From Ranitomeya imitator (lineage: Eukaryota): 64,000 nucleotides of DNA. Positions 36,423 through 46,359 of this stretch are shown one piece after another. The stretch is from the NCBI RefSeq assembly GCF_032444005.1, contig NC_091291.1, positions 13,578,001 through 13,642,000 of the forward strand, given 5' to 3'. How positions within the stretch are numbered: position 1 is the first letter of the stretch; each line of letters begins with the position of its first letter. Position numbers and translations under genes: made by a program. Below the pieces are notes generated by a model, which was not told the DNA's origin, searched no databases, and saw only the letters and a program-made list of their open reading frames with translations.

Positions 36423-38355
36423 CTGAAAAGAAAAAGCAGAAATTAATGTAGTAGCGACTGATACAATAATGATTTATTGATTAATTCCTTCCACACAGCA
36501 TGCCGAGACCAAACAAGGCAAGTCTTTGTTGTCCAACAACCACAACCCCTTTGTATGAGAGACCAATGGCCAAACCCCATAACTTCCCTCTCCAAAATCT
36601 CTGAAGGGGAGCTTGCTCATCTTCTCTCCAAATCACACCTCACCACTTGTGCACTTGACCCCATCCCATCCCACCTCCTTCCCAACCTCACCACCACACT
36701 AATCCCATCCCTAACCCATCTCTTCAACCTTTCACTAACTTCTGGTACCTTCCCTTCTGCCTTCAAACATGCTACAATCACACCTATCCTCAAAAAGCCA
36801 TCCCTTGACCCAAGCTCTATGTCCAGCTATCGCCCCATATCTTTGCTCCCATTTGCTTCCCAACTCCTAGAGCAGCATGTCCATGCTGAACTTTCCTCTC
36901 ACTTTGCATCCAACTCTCTCTTCGACAACCTATAATCTGGCTTCCGTCCCCACCATTCCACTGAGACTGCCCTGACCAAAATTACTAACTACTTACTTAT
37001 AGCCAAAGCTAACAGACAATTCTCTATACTCCTCCTCCTAGACCTGTCCTCTGCCTTCGACACAGTTGACCACTGCCTCCTACTACAGATCCTCTCTTCC
37101 TTTGGGGTCAAAGACGTTGCCCTATCTTGAGTCTCCTCTTACCTTGCCAACCGCACATTTAGGGTTTCCTACTCCCATACTACCTCCTCATCTCGCCCCC
37201 TCTCTGTAGGAGTCCCCCAAGGCTCTGTCCTAGGACCCTTACTTTTCTCAATATATACACTCGGCCTGGGACAACTCATAAGGTCCTATGGCTTCTAGTA
37301 CCATCTATATGCCGATGACACTCAGATCTACCTCTCTGGCCCAGATGTCACCTCTCTGCTCTCCAGAATCCCAGAGTGTCTATCAGCCATATCCTCCTTC
37401 TTCTCCTCTCGCTTCCTCAAGCTCAATGTGGACAAATCTGAACTCATCATCTTTCCTCCATCACGAATATCTTCTCTACCTGATCTATCTATCAAAATAA
37501 ATGAAATCACACTTTCCCCTGTCCCCAAAATCCGCTGCCTCGGAGTAACCCTTGACTCCACCCTGTCCTTCAAACCACACATCCAAGCTCTCGCCACCTC
37601 CTGTCGCCTCCAGCTCAAAAATATTTCCAGAATCCGTCCTTTCCTCAACCCACATTCTACCAAAATGCTTGTGCATGCCCTAATCATCTCCTGCCTCGAC
37701 TACTGCAACATACTCCTCTGTGGCCTCCTGTTATGGCCGGCAATCAGGCAACACAGTGTGCAGTAATCAGCGCACATACAGAGATCTGGCAATAACCAAA
37801 AACAATAGGACGAGCTCTGAGACGTGGAATCTCTGTAGACTGCAGTACCTGATCTATCCTCACACAACTATAAGCAGCAGTGGATTGCGCCTATCACTAC
37901 CTATGCAACTCGGCACTGCCTGAGGAGCTGACTAGCCTGAAGATAGAAATACAAGCCTGACTTACCTCAGAGAAATACCCCAAAGGAATAGGCAGCCCCC
38001 CACATATAATGACTGTTAGCAAGATGAAAAGACAAACGTAGGAATGAAATAGATTCAGCAAAGTGAGGCCCGATATTCTAGACAGAGCGAGGATAGCAAA
38101 GAGAACTATGCAGTCTACAAAAAACCCTAAAACGAAAACCACGCAAAGGGGCAAAAAGACCCACCGTGCCGAACTAACAGCACGGCGGTGCACCCCTTTG
38201 CTTCTCAGAGCTTCCAGCAAAAGTTAATAGCAAGCTGGACAGAAAAAACAGAAAACAAACTAGAAGCACTTATCTAGCAGAGCAGCAGGCCCAAGGAAAG
38301 ATGCAGTAGCTCAGATCCAACACTGGAACATAGACAAGGAGCAAGGAAGACAGAC

Positions 38356-41300
38356 TCAGGTGGAGCTAAATAGCAAGGCAGCCAACGAGCTCACCAAAAC
38401 ACCTGAGGGAGGAAGCCCAGAGACTGCAATACCACTTGTGACCACAGAAGTGAATTCAGCCACAGAATTCACAACAGTACCCCCCCCTTGAGGAGGGGTC
38501 ACCGAACCCTCACCAGAACCCCCAGGCCGACCAGGATGAGCCACATGAAAGGCACGAACAAGATCTGGGGCATGGACATCAGAGGCAAAAACCCAGGAAT
38601 TATCTTCCTGAGCATAACCCTTCCATTTGACCAGATACTGGAGTTTCCGTCTAGAGACACGAGAATCCAAAATCTTCTCCACAATATACTCCAATTCCCC
38701 CTCCACCAAAACAGGGGCAGGAGGCTCCACAGATGGAACCATAGGTGCCACGTATCTCCTCAACAACGACCTATGGAATACATTATGTATGGAAAAGGAG
38801 TCTGGGAGGGTCAGACGAAAAGACACCGGATTGAGAATCTCAGAAATCCTATACGGACCAATAAAATGAGGTTTAAATTTAGGAGAGGAAACCTTCATAG
38901 GAATATGACGAGAAGATAACCAAACCAGATCCCCAACACGAAGTCGGGGTCCCACACGGCGTCTGCGATTAGCGAAAAGCTGAGCCTTCTCCTGGGACAA
39001 GGTCAAATTGTCCACTACCTGAGTCCAGATCTGCTGCAACCTGTCCACCACAGAATCCACACCAGGACAGTCCGAAGACTCAACCTGTCCTGAAGAGAAA
39101 CGAGGATGGAACCCAGAATTGCAGAAAAATGGAGAGACCAAGGTAGCCGAGCTGGCCCGATTATTAAGGGCGAACTCAGCCAACGGCAAAAATGACACCC
39201 AATCATCCTGGTCAGCGGAAACAAAACATCTCAGATATGTTTCCAAGGTCTGATTTGTTCGTTCGGTCTGGCCATTAGTCTGAGGATGGAAGGCCGAGGA
39301 GAAAGATAGGTCAATGCCCATCCTACCACAAAAGGCTCGCCAGAACCTCGAGACAAACTGGGAACCTCTGTCAGAAACAATATTCTCAGGAATGCCATGT
39401 AAACGAACCACATGCTGGAAGAACAAAGGCACCAAATCAGAGGAGGAAGGCAATTTAACCAAGGGCACCAGATGGACCATTTTAGAAAAGCGATAACAGA
39501 CCACCCAAATGACCGACATCTTTTGAGAAACGGGAAGGTCAGAAATGAAATCCATCGAAATATGTGTCCAAGGCCTCTTCGGGACCGGCAAGGGCAAAAG
39601 CAACCCACTGGCACGTGAACAGCAGGGCTTAGCCCTAGCACAAATTCCACAGGACTGCACAAAAGCACGCACATCCCGCGACAGAGACGGCCACCAGAAG
39701 GATCTAGCAACCAACTCCCTGGTACCAAAGATTCCTGGATGACCGGCCAGCACCGAACAATGAAGTTCAGAGATAACTTTACTAGTCCACCTATCAGGGA
39801 CGAACAGTTTCTCGGCCGGACAACGATCAGGTTTATTAGCCTGAAATTTCTGCAACACTCTCCGCAAATCAGGAGAGATGGCAGACACAATGACTCCTTC
39901 CTTGAGGATACTCGCCGGCTCAGATAACCCCGGAGAGTCGGGCACAAAACTCCTAGACAGAGCATCCGCCTTCACATTTTTAGAGCCCGGAAGGTATGAA
40001 ATCACAAAATCAAAACGAGCAAAAAATAACGACCAACGGGCCTGTCTAGGATTCAAGCGCTTGGCAGACTCAAGATAAGTAAGGTTCTTATGATCAGTCA
40101 AAACCACCACGCGATGCTTAGCACCCTCAAGCCAATGACGCCACTCCTCGAATGCCCACTTCATGGCCAGCAACTCTCGGTTGCCCACATCATAATTACG
40201 CTCAGCAGCAGAAAATTTCCTGGAAAAGAAAGCACATGGTTTGAACACTGAGCAACCAGAACCTCTCTGTGACAAAACCGCCCCTGCACCAATCTCAGAA
40301 GCATCAACCTCGACCTGGAACGGAAGAGAAACATCAGGTTGACACAACACAGGGGCACAGCAAAAACGACGCTTCAACTCCTGAAAAGCTTCCACGGCAG
40401 CAGAAGACCAATTAACCAAATCAGCACCCTTCTTGGTCAAATCGGTCAATGGTCTGGCAATGCTAGAAAAATTACAGATGAAGCGACGATAAAAATTAGC
40501 AAAGCCCAGGAATTTCTGCAGACTTTTTAGAGATGTCGGCTGGGTCCAATCCTGGATGGCCTGAACCTTAACCGGATCCATCTCGATAGTAGAAGGGGAA
40601 AAGATGAACCCCAAAAATGAAACTTTCTGCACACCGAAGAGACACTTTGATCCCTTCACGAACAAGGAATTAGCACGCAGTACCTGGAAAACCATTCTGA
40701 CTTGCTTCACATGAGACTCCCAATCATCTGAGAAGATCAAAATGTCATCCAAGTAAACAATCAAGAATTTATCCAGATACTCACGGAAAATGTCATGCAT
40801 AAAAGACTGAAAAACAGATGGAGCATTGGCAAGTCCGAACGGCATCACCAGATACTCAAAATGACCCTCGGGCGTATTAAATGCCGTTTTCCATTCATCT
40901 CCCTGCCTGATTCTCACCAGATTATACGCACCACGAAGATCAATCTTAGTAAACCAACTAGCCCCCTTAATCCGAGCAAACAAGTCAGAAATCAATGGCA
41001 AGGGATACTGAAACTTAACAGTGATCTTATTAAGAAGGCGGTAATCAATACACGGTCTTAGCGAACCATCCTTCTTGGCTACAAAAAAGAACCCTGCTCC
41101 CAATGGTGACGACGATGGGCGAATATGTCCCTTCTCCAGGGACTCCTTCACATAACTGCGCATAGCGGTGTGTTCAGGTACGGACAAATTAAATAAACGA
41201 CCCTTAGGGAATTTACTACCAGGAATCAAATCGATAGCACAATCACAATTCCTATGCGGAGGTAGGGCATCAGACTTGGACTCTTCAAATACATCCTGAA

Positions 41301-42807
41301 AGTCCGACAAGAACTCTGGGATGTCAGAAGGAATGGATGACGAAATAGACAAAAATGGAACATCACCATGTACCCCCTGACAACCCCAGCTGGTTACCGA
41401 CATAGAGTTCCAATCCAATACTGGATTATGGGTTTGTAGCCATGGCAACCCTAACACGACCACATCATGCAAATTATGCAGTACCAGAAAGCGAATAACT
41501 TCCTGATGTGCAGGAGCAATGCACATGGTCAGCTGGGCCCAGTACTGAGGCTTATTCTTGGCCAAAGGTGTAGCATCAATTCCTCTCAACGGAATAGGAC
41601 ACCGCAAAGGCTCCAAGAAAAATCCACAACGTTTAGCATAATCCAAATCCATCAGATTCAGGGCAGCGCCTGAATCCACAAACGCCATGACAGAATACGA
41701 TGACAAAGAGCACATTAAGGTAATGGACAAAAGGAATTTTGACTGTACAGTACCAATAACGGCAGAGCTATCGAACCGCCTAGTGCGTTTAGGACAATTA
41801 GAAATAGCATGAGTAGAATCACCACAATAGAAACACAGTCTGTTCAGACGTCTGTGTTCTTGCCGTTCTACTTTAGTCATAGTCCTGTCGCACTGCATAG
41901 GCTCAGGTTTACTCTCAGACAATACCGCCAGATGGTGCACAGATTTACGCTCGCGCAAGCGACGACCGATCTGAATGGCCAAGGACATAGACTCATTCAA
42001 ACCAGCAGGCATAGGAAATCCCACCATTACATCCTTAAGAGCTTCAGAGAGACCCTTTCTGAACAAAGCCGCTAGTGCAGATTCATTCCACAGAGTGAGT
42101 ACTGACCACTTCCTAAATTTCTGACAATATACTTTTACATCATCCTGACCCTGGCATAAAGCCAGCAGATTTTTCTCAGCCTGATCCACTGAATTAGGCT
42201 CATCGTAAAGCAATCCCAGCGCCTGGAAAAATGCATCAACATTACTCAATGCAGAATCTCCTGGTGCAAGAGAAAACGCCCAGTCCTGTGGGTCGCCGCG
42301 CAAAAAAGAAATAATAATCAAAACCTGTTGAATAGGATTACCAGAAGAATGAGGTTTCAAGGCCAAAAATAGCTTACAATTATTTCTGAAGCTCAAGAAC
42401 TTAGTTCTGTCACCAAAAAACAAATCAGGAATCGGAATTCTTGGTTCTAGCATCGATTTCTGATCAATAGTATCTTGAATCTTTTGTACATTTACAACGA
42501 GATTATCCATTGAGGAGCACAGAGCCTGAATATCCATGTCCACAGCTGTGTCCTGAAGCACTCTAATGTCTAGGGGAAAAAAAAGACTGAAGACAGAGCT
42601 AAGAAAAAAAAATGATGTCAGGATTTCTTTTTTCCCTCTATTGGGAATCATTGGTGGGCTCCTTGTACTGTTATGGCCGGCAATCAGGCAACACAGTGTG
42701 CAGTAATCAGCGCACATACAGAGATCTGGCAATAACCAAAAACAATAGGACGAGCTCTGAGACGTGGAATCTCTGTAGACTGCAGTATCTGATCTATCCT
42801 CACACAA
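38356..42807 (-). CDS. Single gag-pol polyprotein: gag, CCHC knuckle, protease, RT, RNase H, integrase, chromodomain (gag ATG probably 42537)
   Basis: 1483-aa uninterrupted ORF: CFYCGDSTHAISNC, FVDSGA, YLDD, EVDAS/TDHKNL, H-H-C-C, MDF/SDRG/ERTN, IGPY, EYIVEKILDSR...YLVKWKGY...NSW. Confidence 0.97.
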   Translation of the reverse strand: MCEDRSDTAVYRDSTSQSSSYCFWLLPDLCMCADYCTLCCLIAGHNSTRSPPMIPNRGKKEILTSFFFLSSVFSLFFPLDIRVLQDTAVDMDIQALCSSMDNLVVNVQKIQDTIDQKSMLEPRIPIPDLFFGDRTKFLSFRNNCKLFLALKPHSSGNPIQQVLIIISFLRGDPQDWAFSLAPGDSALSNVDAFFQALGLLYDEPNSVDQAEKNLLALCQGQDDVKVYCQKFRKWSVLTLWNESALAALFRKGLSEALKDVMVGFPMPAGLNESMSLAIQIGRRLRERKSVHHLAVLSESKPEPMQCDRTMTKVERQEHRRLNRLCFYCGDSTHAISNCPKRTRRFDSSAVIGTVQSKFLLSITLMCSLSSYSVMAFVDSGAALNLMDLDYAKRCGFFLEPLRCPIPLRGIDATPLAKNKPQYWAQLTMCIAPAHQEVIRFLVLHNLHDVVVLGLPWLQTHNPVLDWNSMSVTSWGCQGVHGDVPFLSISSSIPSDIPEFLSDFQDVFEESKSDALPPHRNCDCAIDLIPGSKFPKGRLFNLSVPEHTAMRSYVKESLEKGHIRPSSSPLGAGFFFVAKKDGSLRPCIDYRLLNKITVKFQYPLPLISDLFARIKGASWFTKIDLRGAYNLVRIRQGDEWKTAFNTPEGHFEYLVMPFGLANAPSVFQSFMHDIFREYLDKFLIVYLDDILIFSDDWESHVKQVRMVFQVLRANSLFVKGSKCLFGVQKVSFLGFIFSPSTIEMDPVKVQAIQDWTQPTSLKSLQKFLGFANFYRRFICNFSSIARPLTDLTKKGADLVNWSSAAVEAFQELKRRFCCAPVLCQPDVSLPFQVEVDASEIGAGAVLSQRGSGCSVFKPCAFFSRKFSAAERNYDVGNRELLAMKWAFEEWRHWLEGAKHRVVVLTDHKNLTYLESAKRLNPRQARWSLFFARFDFVISYLPGSKNVKADALSRSFVPDSPGLSEPASILKEGVIVSAISPDLRRVLQKFQANKPDRCPAEKLFVPDRWTSKVISELHCSVLAGHPGIFGTRELVARSFWWPSLSRDVRAFVQSCGICARAKPCCSRASGLLLPLPVPKRPWTHISMDFISDLPVSQKMSVIWVVCYRFSKMVHLVPLVKLPSSSDLVPLFFQHVVRLHGIPENIVSDRGSQFVSRFWRAFCGRMGIDLSFSSAFHPQTNGQTERTNQTLETYLRCFVSADQDDWVSFLPLAEFALNNRASSATLVSPFFCNSGFHPRFSSGQVESSDCPGVDSVVDRLQQIWTQVVDNLTLSQEKAQLFANRRRRVGPRLRVGDLVWLSSRHIPMKVSSPKFKPHFIGPYRISEILNPVSFRLTLPDSFSIHNVFHRSLLRRYVAPMVPSVEPPAPVLVEGELEYIVEKILDSRVSRRKLQYLVKWKGYAQEDNSWVFASDVHAPDLVRAFHVAHPGRPGGSGEGSVTPPQGGGTVVNSVAEFTSVVTSGIAVSGLPPSGVLVSSLAALLFSST
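38480..38489 (-). promoter_or_regulatory. Polypurine tract AAGGGGGGGG
   Basis: Directly upstream of the 3' LTR (GGGGGGGG-TAC-TG). Confidence 0.9.
42658..42666 (-). promoter_or_regulatory. Non-tRNA primer-binding site ACAAGGAGC (self-priming type)
   Basis: Follows LTR end CA + GT; complementary to minus-strand GCTCCTTGT at 43282-43274. Confidence 0.85.
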
Positions 42808-43306
42808 CTATAAGCAGCAGTGGATTGCGCCTATCACTACCTATGCAACTCGGCACTGCCTGAGGAGCTGACTAGCCTGAAGATAGAAATACAAGCCTGA
42901 CTTACCTCAGAGAAATACCCCAAAGGAATAGGCAGCCCCCCACATATAATGACTGTTAGCAAGATGAAAAGACAAACGTAGGAATGAAATAGATTCAGCA
43001 AAGTGAGGCCCGATATTCTAGACAGAGCGAGGATAGCAAAGAGAACTATGCAGTCTACAAAAAACCCTAAAACGAAAACCACGCAAAGGGGCAAAAAGAC
43101 CCACCGTGCCGAACTAACAGCACGGCGGTGCACCCCTTTGCTTCTCAGAGCTTCCAGCAAAAGTTAATAGCAAGCTGGACAGAAAAAACAGAAAACAAAC
43201 TAGAAGCACTTATCTAGCAGAGCAGCAGGCCCAAGGAAAGATGCAGTAGCTCAGATCCAACACTGGAACATAGACAAGGAGCAAGGAAGACAGACTCAGG
43301 TGGAGC

Positions 43307-43312
43307 TAAATA
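43307..43312 (-). promoter_or_regulatory. LTR TATA-like box TATTTA
   Basis: Its first base lies 30 nt upstream of the PBS-complementary sequence. Confidence 0.7.
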
Positions 43313-45784
43313 GCAAGGCAGCCAACGAGCTCACCAAAACACCTGAGGGAGGAAGCCCAGAGACTGCAATACCACTTGTGACCACAGAAGTGAATTCAGC
43401 CACAGAATTCACAACAGCCTCCCTTCTAACACTCACGCACCCCTCCAGTCCATCCTTAACTCTGCTGCCCAACTAATTAATCTCTCTCCTCGCTACACTC
43501 CTGCTTCAGCCCTTTGCAAATCCCTTCACTTCACTGGCTCCTAATTTCCCAGCGTATCCAGTTTAAATTACTAACACTGACCTACAAAGCCATCCACAAC
43601 CTTTCTCCTCCGTATATTTCCATACTAATCTCTCAATATCTTCCCTCACGAAATCTCAGGTCCTCCCAACACCTCCTCCTTTCCTCCACGCTTATTCGCT
43701 CCTCACTCAATCGCCTCCATAACTTCTCCCGAATATCACCCATCCTCTGGAATTCAGTGCCCCAACACATCCGGTTATCCACTACTTTTGGATCCTTCAA
43801 AAGAGACCTGAAAACCCGCCTCTTCAAGGAAGCTTACAGCCTGTAAAGACCACACGGCCACCTCAACACCACCGGAGCGCCTGCAACCCTCGACCTACTG
43901 TCTCCTTCCCCATAATCCTGTAGAATGTAAGCCCGCAAGGGAAGGTCCTCTTCCCTCTGTACCAGTCTGTCATTGTTAGTTTTGTAAGTAAGTGATATTT
44001 GTATTTTGATGTAACCCCTTCTCATGTACTGCACCATGGAATTAATGGTGCTATATAAATAAATAATAATAATAAAAATAATAATAATACCCTCCCCCGT
44101 GTCCAAAGCCGGAGGTTGGGCACCATCTGGTAACCCACAGTGCCTACACAGGGCCAGTTAAAGCTCCTGAAATTGCTTAACCCCTTTCTGACATGGGACG
44201 TACTATCCCGTCGAGGTGGGGTGGGCCCCTATGACCATGGACGGGATAGTACGTCCAGCGCGATCGGCGGCACTCACGGGGGGAGCGCCGCCGATCGCGG
44301 CCGGGTGTCAGCTGCCTATCGCAGCTGACATCCGGCACTATGTGCCAGGAGCGGTCGCGGACCGCCCCCGGTACATTAACCCCTGGCACACCGCGATCAA
44401 AGATGATCGCGATGTGCCGGCGGTGCAGGGAAGCATCGCGCAGGGAGGGGGCTACCTGCGGGCTTCCCTGAGCCCCCCGCAGCAACACGATGTGATCGCG
44501 TTGCTGCGAGGGTCTCCTCACCTCCCTCCCTGCTCGAGCCCCGGATCCAAGATGGCCGCGGATCTGGGTCCTGCAGGGAGGGAGGTGGCTTCACAGAGCC
44601 TGCTCAGAGCAGGCATTGTGAAGGCTGCAGCGCTGCATGTCAGATCAGTGATCTGACAGAGTGCTGTGCAAACTGTCAGATCACCGATCTGTGATGTCCC
44701 CCCCGGGACAAAGTAAAAAAGTAAAAAAAAAATTTTTCAAATGTGTAAAAAAAAAATAAAAAAAAATATTCCAAAATAATGAAAAAAAAAAAATATTATT
44801 CCCATAAATACATTTCTTTATCTAAATAAAAAAAACAAAACAATAAAAGAACATATATTTAGTATCGCCGCATCCGTAACGGCCCGACCTATAAAACTGG
44901 CCCACTAGTTAACCCTTTCAGTAAACACCGTAAGAAAAAAAAAAAAAAACGAGGCAAAAAACAACGCTTTATTATCATACTGCCGAACAAAAAGTGGAAT
45001 AACACGCGATCAAAAATACAGATATAAATAACCAGGGTACCTCTGAAAACGTCATCTTGTCCCGCAAAAAACAAGCCACCATACAACATCATCAGCAAAA
45101 AAATAAAAAAGTTATAGTCCTAAGAATAAAGCGATGCAAAAATAATTATTTTTTCTATAAAATAGTTTTTATCGTATAAAAGCGCCAAAACATAAAAAAA
45201 TGATATAAATGAGGTGTCGCTGTAATCGTACTGACCCGAAGAATAAAACTGCTTTATCAATTTTACCAAACGCGGAACGGAATAAACGCCTCCCCCAAAA
45301 GAAATTCATGAATAGCTGGTTTTTGGTCATTCTGCCTCACAAAAATCGGAATAAAAAGCGATTAAATAATGTCACGTGGCCGATAATGTTACCAATAAAA
45401 ACATCAACTCGTCCCGCAAAAAACAAGACCTTACATGACTCTGTGGACCAAAATATGGAAAAATTATAGCTCTCAAAATGTGGTAACGCAAAAAATATTT
45501 TTTGCAATAAAAAGCGTCTTTCAGTGTGTGACGGCTGCCAATCATAAAAATCCGCTAAAAAAACAGCTATAAAAGTAAATCAAACCCCCCTTCATCACCC
45601 CCTTAGTTAGGGAAAAATTAAAAAAATGTATTTATTTNNNNNNNNNNNNNNNNNNNNNNNNNNNNNNNNNNNNNNNNNNNNNNNNNNNNNNNNNNNNNNN
45701 NNNNNNNNNNNNNNNNNNNNNNNNNNNNNNNNNNNNNNNNNNNNNNNNNNNNNNNNNNNNNNNNNNNNNNNNNNNNNNNNNNNN

Positions 45785-46345
45785 CGCTACAGTTTGGGTT
45801 GGGGCTAAAGTTAGGGTTCGGGTGGGGGCTAAAGTTACAGTTAGGGTTTAGATTACATTTACAGTTGGGAATAGGGTTGGGATTAAATAAGCGTCTTTCA
45901 GTGTGTGACGGCTGCCAATCATAAAAATCCGCTAAAAAACCCACTCTAAAAGTAAATCAAACCCCCCTTCATCACCCCCTTAGTTAGGGAAAAATTAAAA
46001 AAATGTATTTATTTCCNNNNNNNNNNNNNNNNNNNNNNNNNNNNNNNNNNNNNNNNNNNNNNNNNNNNNNNNNNNNNNNNNNNNNNNNNNNNNNNNNNNN
46101 NNNNNNNNNNNNNNNNNNNNNNNNNNNNNNNNNNNNNNNNNNNNNNNNNNNNNNNNNNNNNNNNNNNGGCTACAGTTTGGGTTGGGGCTAAAGTTAGGGT
46201 TCGGGTTGGGGCTAAAGTTACAGTTAGGGTTTAGATTACATTTACAGTTGGGAATAGGGTTGGGATTAGGGTTAGGGGTGTGTCAGGGTTAGAGGTGTGG
46301 TTAGGGTTACTGTTGGGATTAAGGTTAGGGGTGTGTTTGGATTAG
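45785..46345 (+). repeat. Degenerate telomere-like (TTAGGG variant) tracts in a duplicated unit of about 378 bp
   Basis: ttagggtt/ttgggattagggttagggg motifs; 45511-45637 is repeated at 45889-46016. Confidence 0.8.
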
Positions 46346-46359
46346 GGTTTCAGTTATAA

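Larger units (their letters stand above)
37729..43416 (-). mobile_element. Full-length Ty3/Gypsy chromovirus (Tf1/sushi group), family B
   Basis: Two 748-bp LTRs (37729-38476, 42669-43416), TG...CA, one difference seen by eye (37848 C vs 42788 T); 6-bp TSD GCCTCC; PPT and PBS present. Confidence 0.99.
36476..44090 (+). mobile_element. 5'-truncated L2 LINE (RT through 3' tail), split at 37728/43417 by the chromovirus insertion
   Basis: RT motifs [27 protein letters not shown] with three in-frame stops; IISCLDYCNILLCGL continues after the LTR element; (AAT)n tail at about 44057-44088. Confidence 0.93.

Noticed and set aside
36933-37298. Three L2 nonsense changes, all C>T or G>A
   Set aside because: Too few events to infer deaminase editing; transitions are the commonest substitutions.
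37897-38220. 107-aa hydrophobic ORF in both LTRs (MLEALRSKG...; also 42837-43160)
   Set aside because: Duplicated only because it lies in the LTR; U-rich composition explains the hydrophobicity; conservation in the sister LTR not established.
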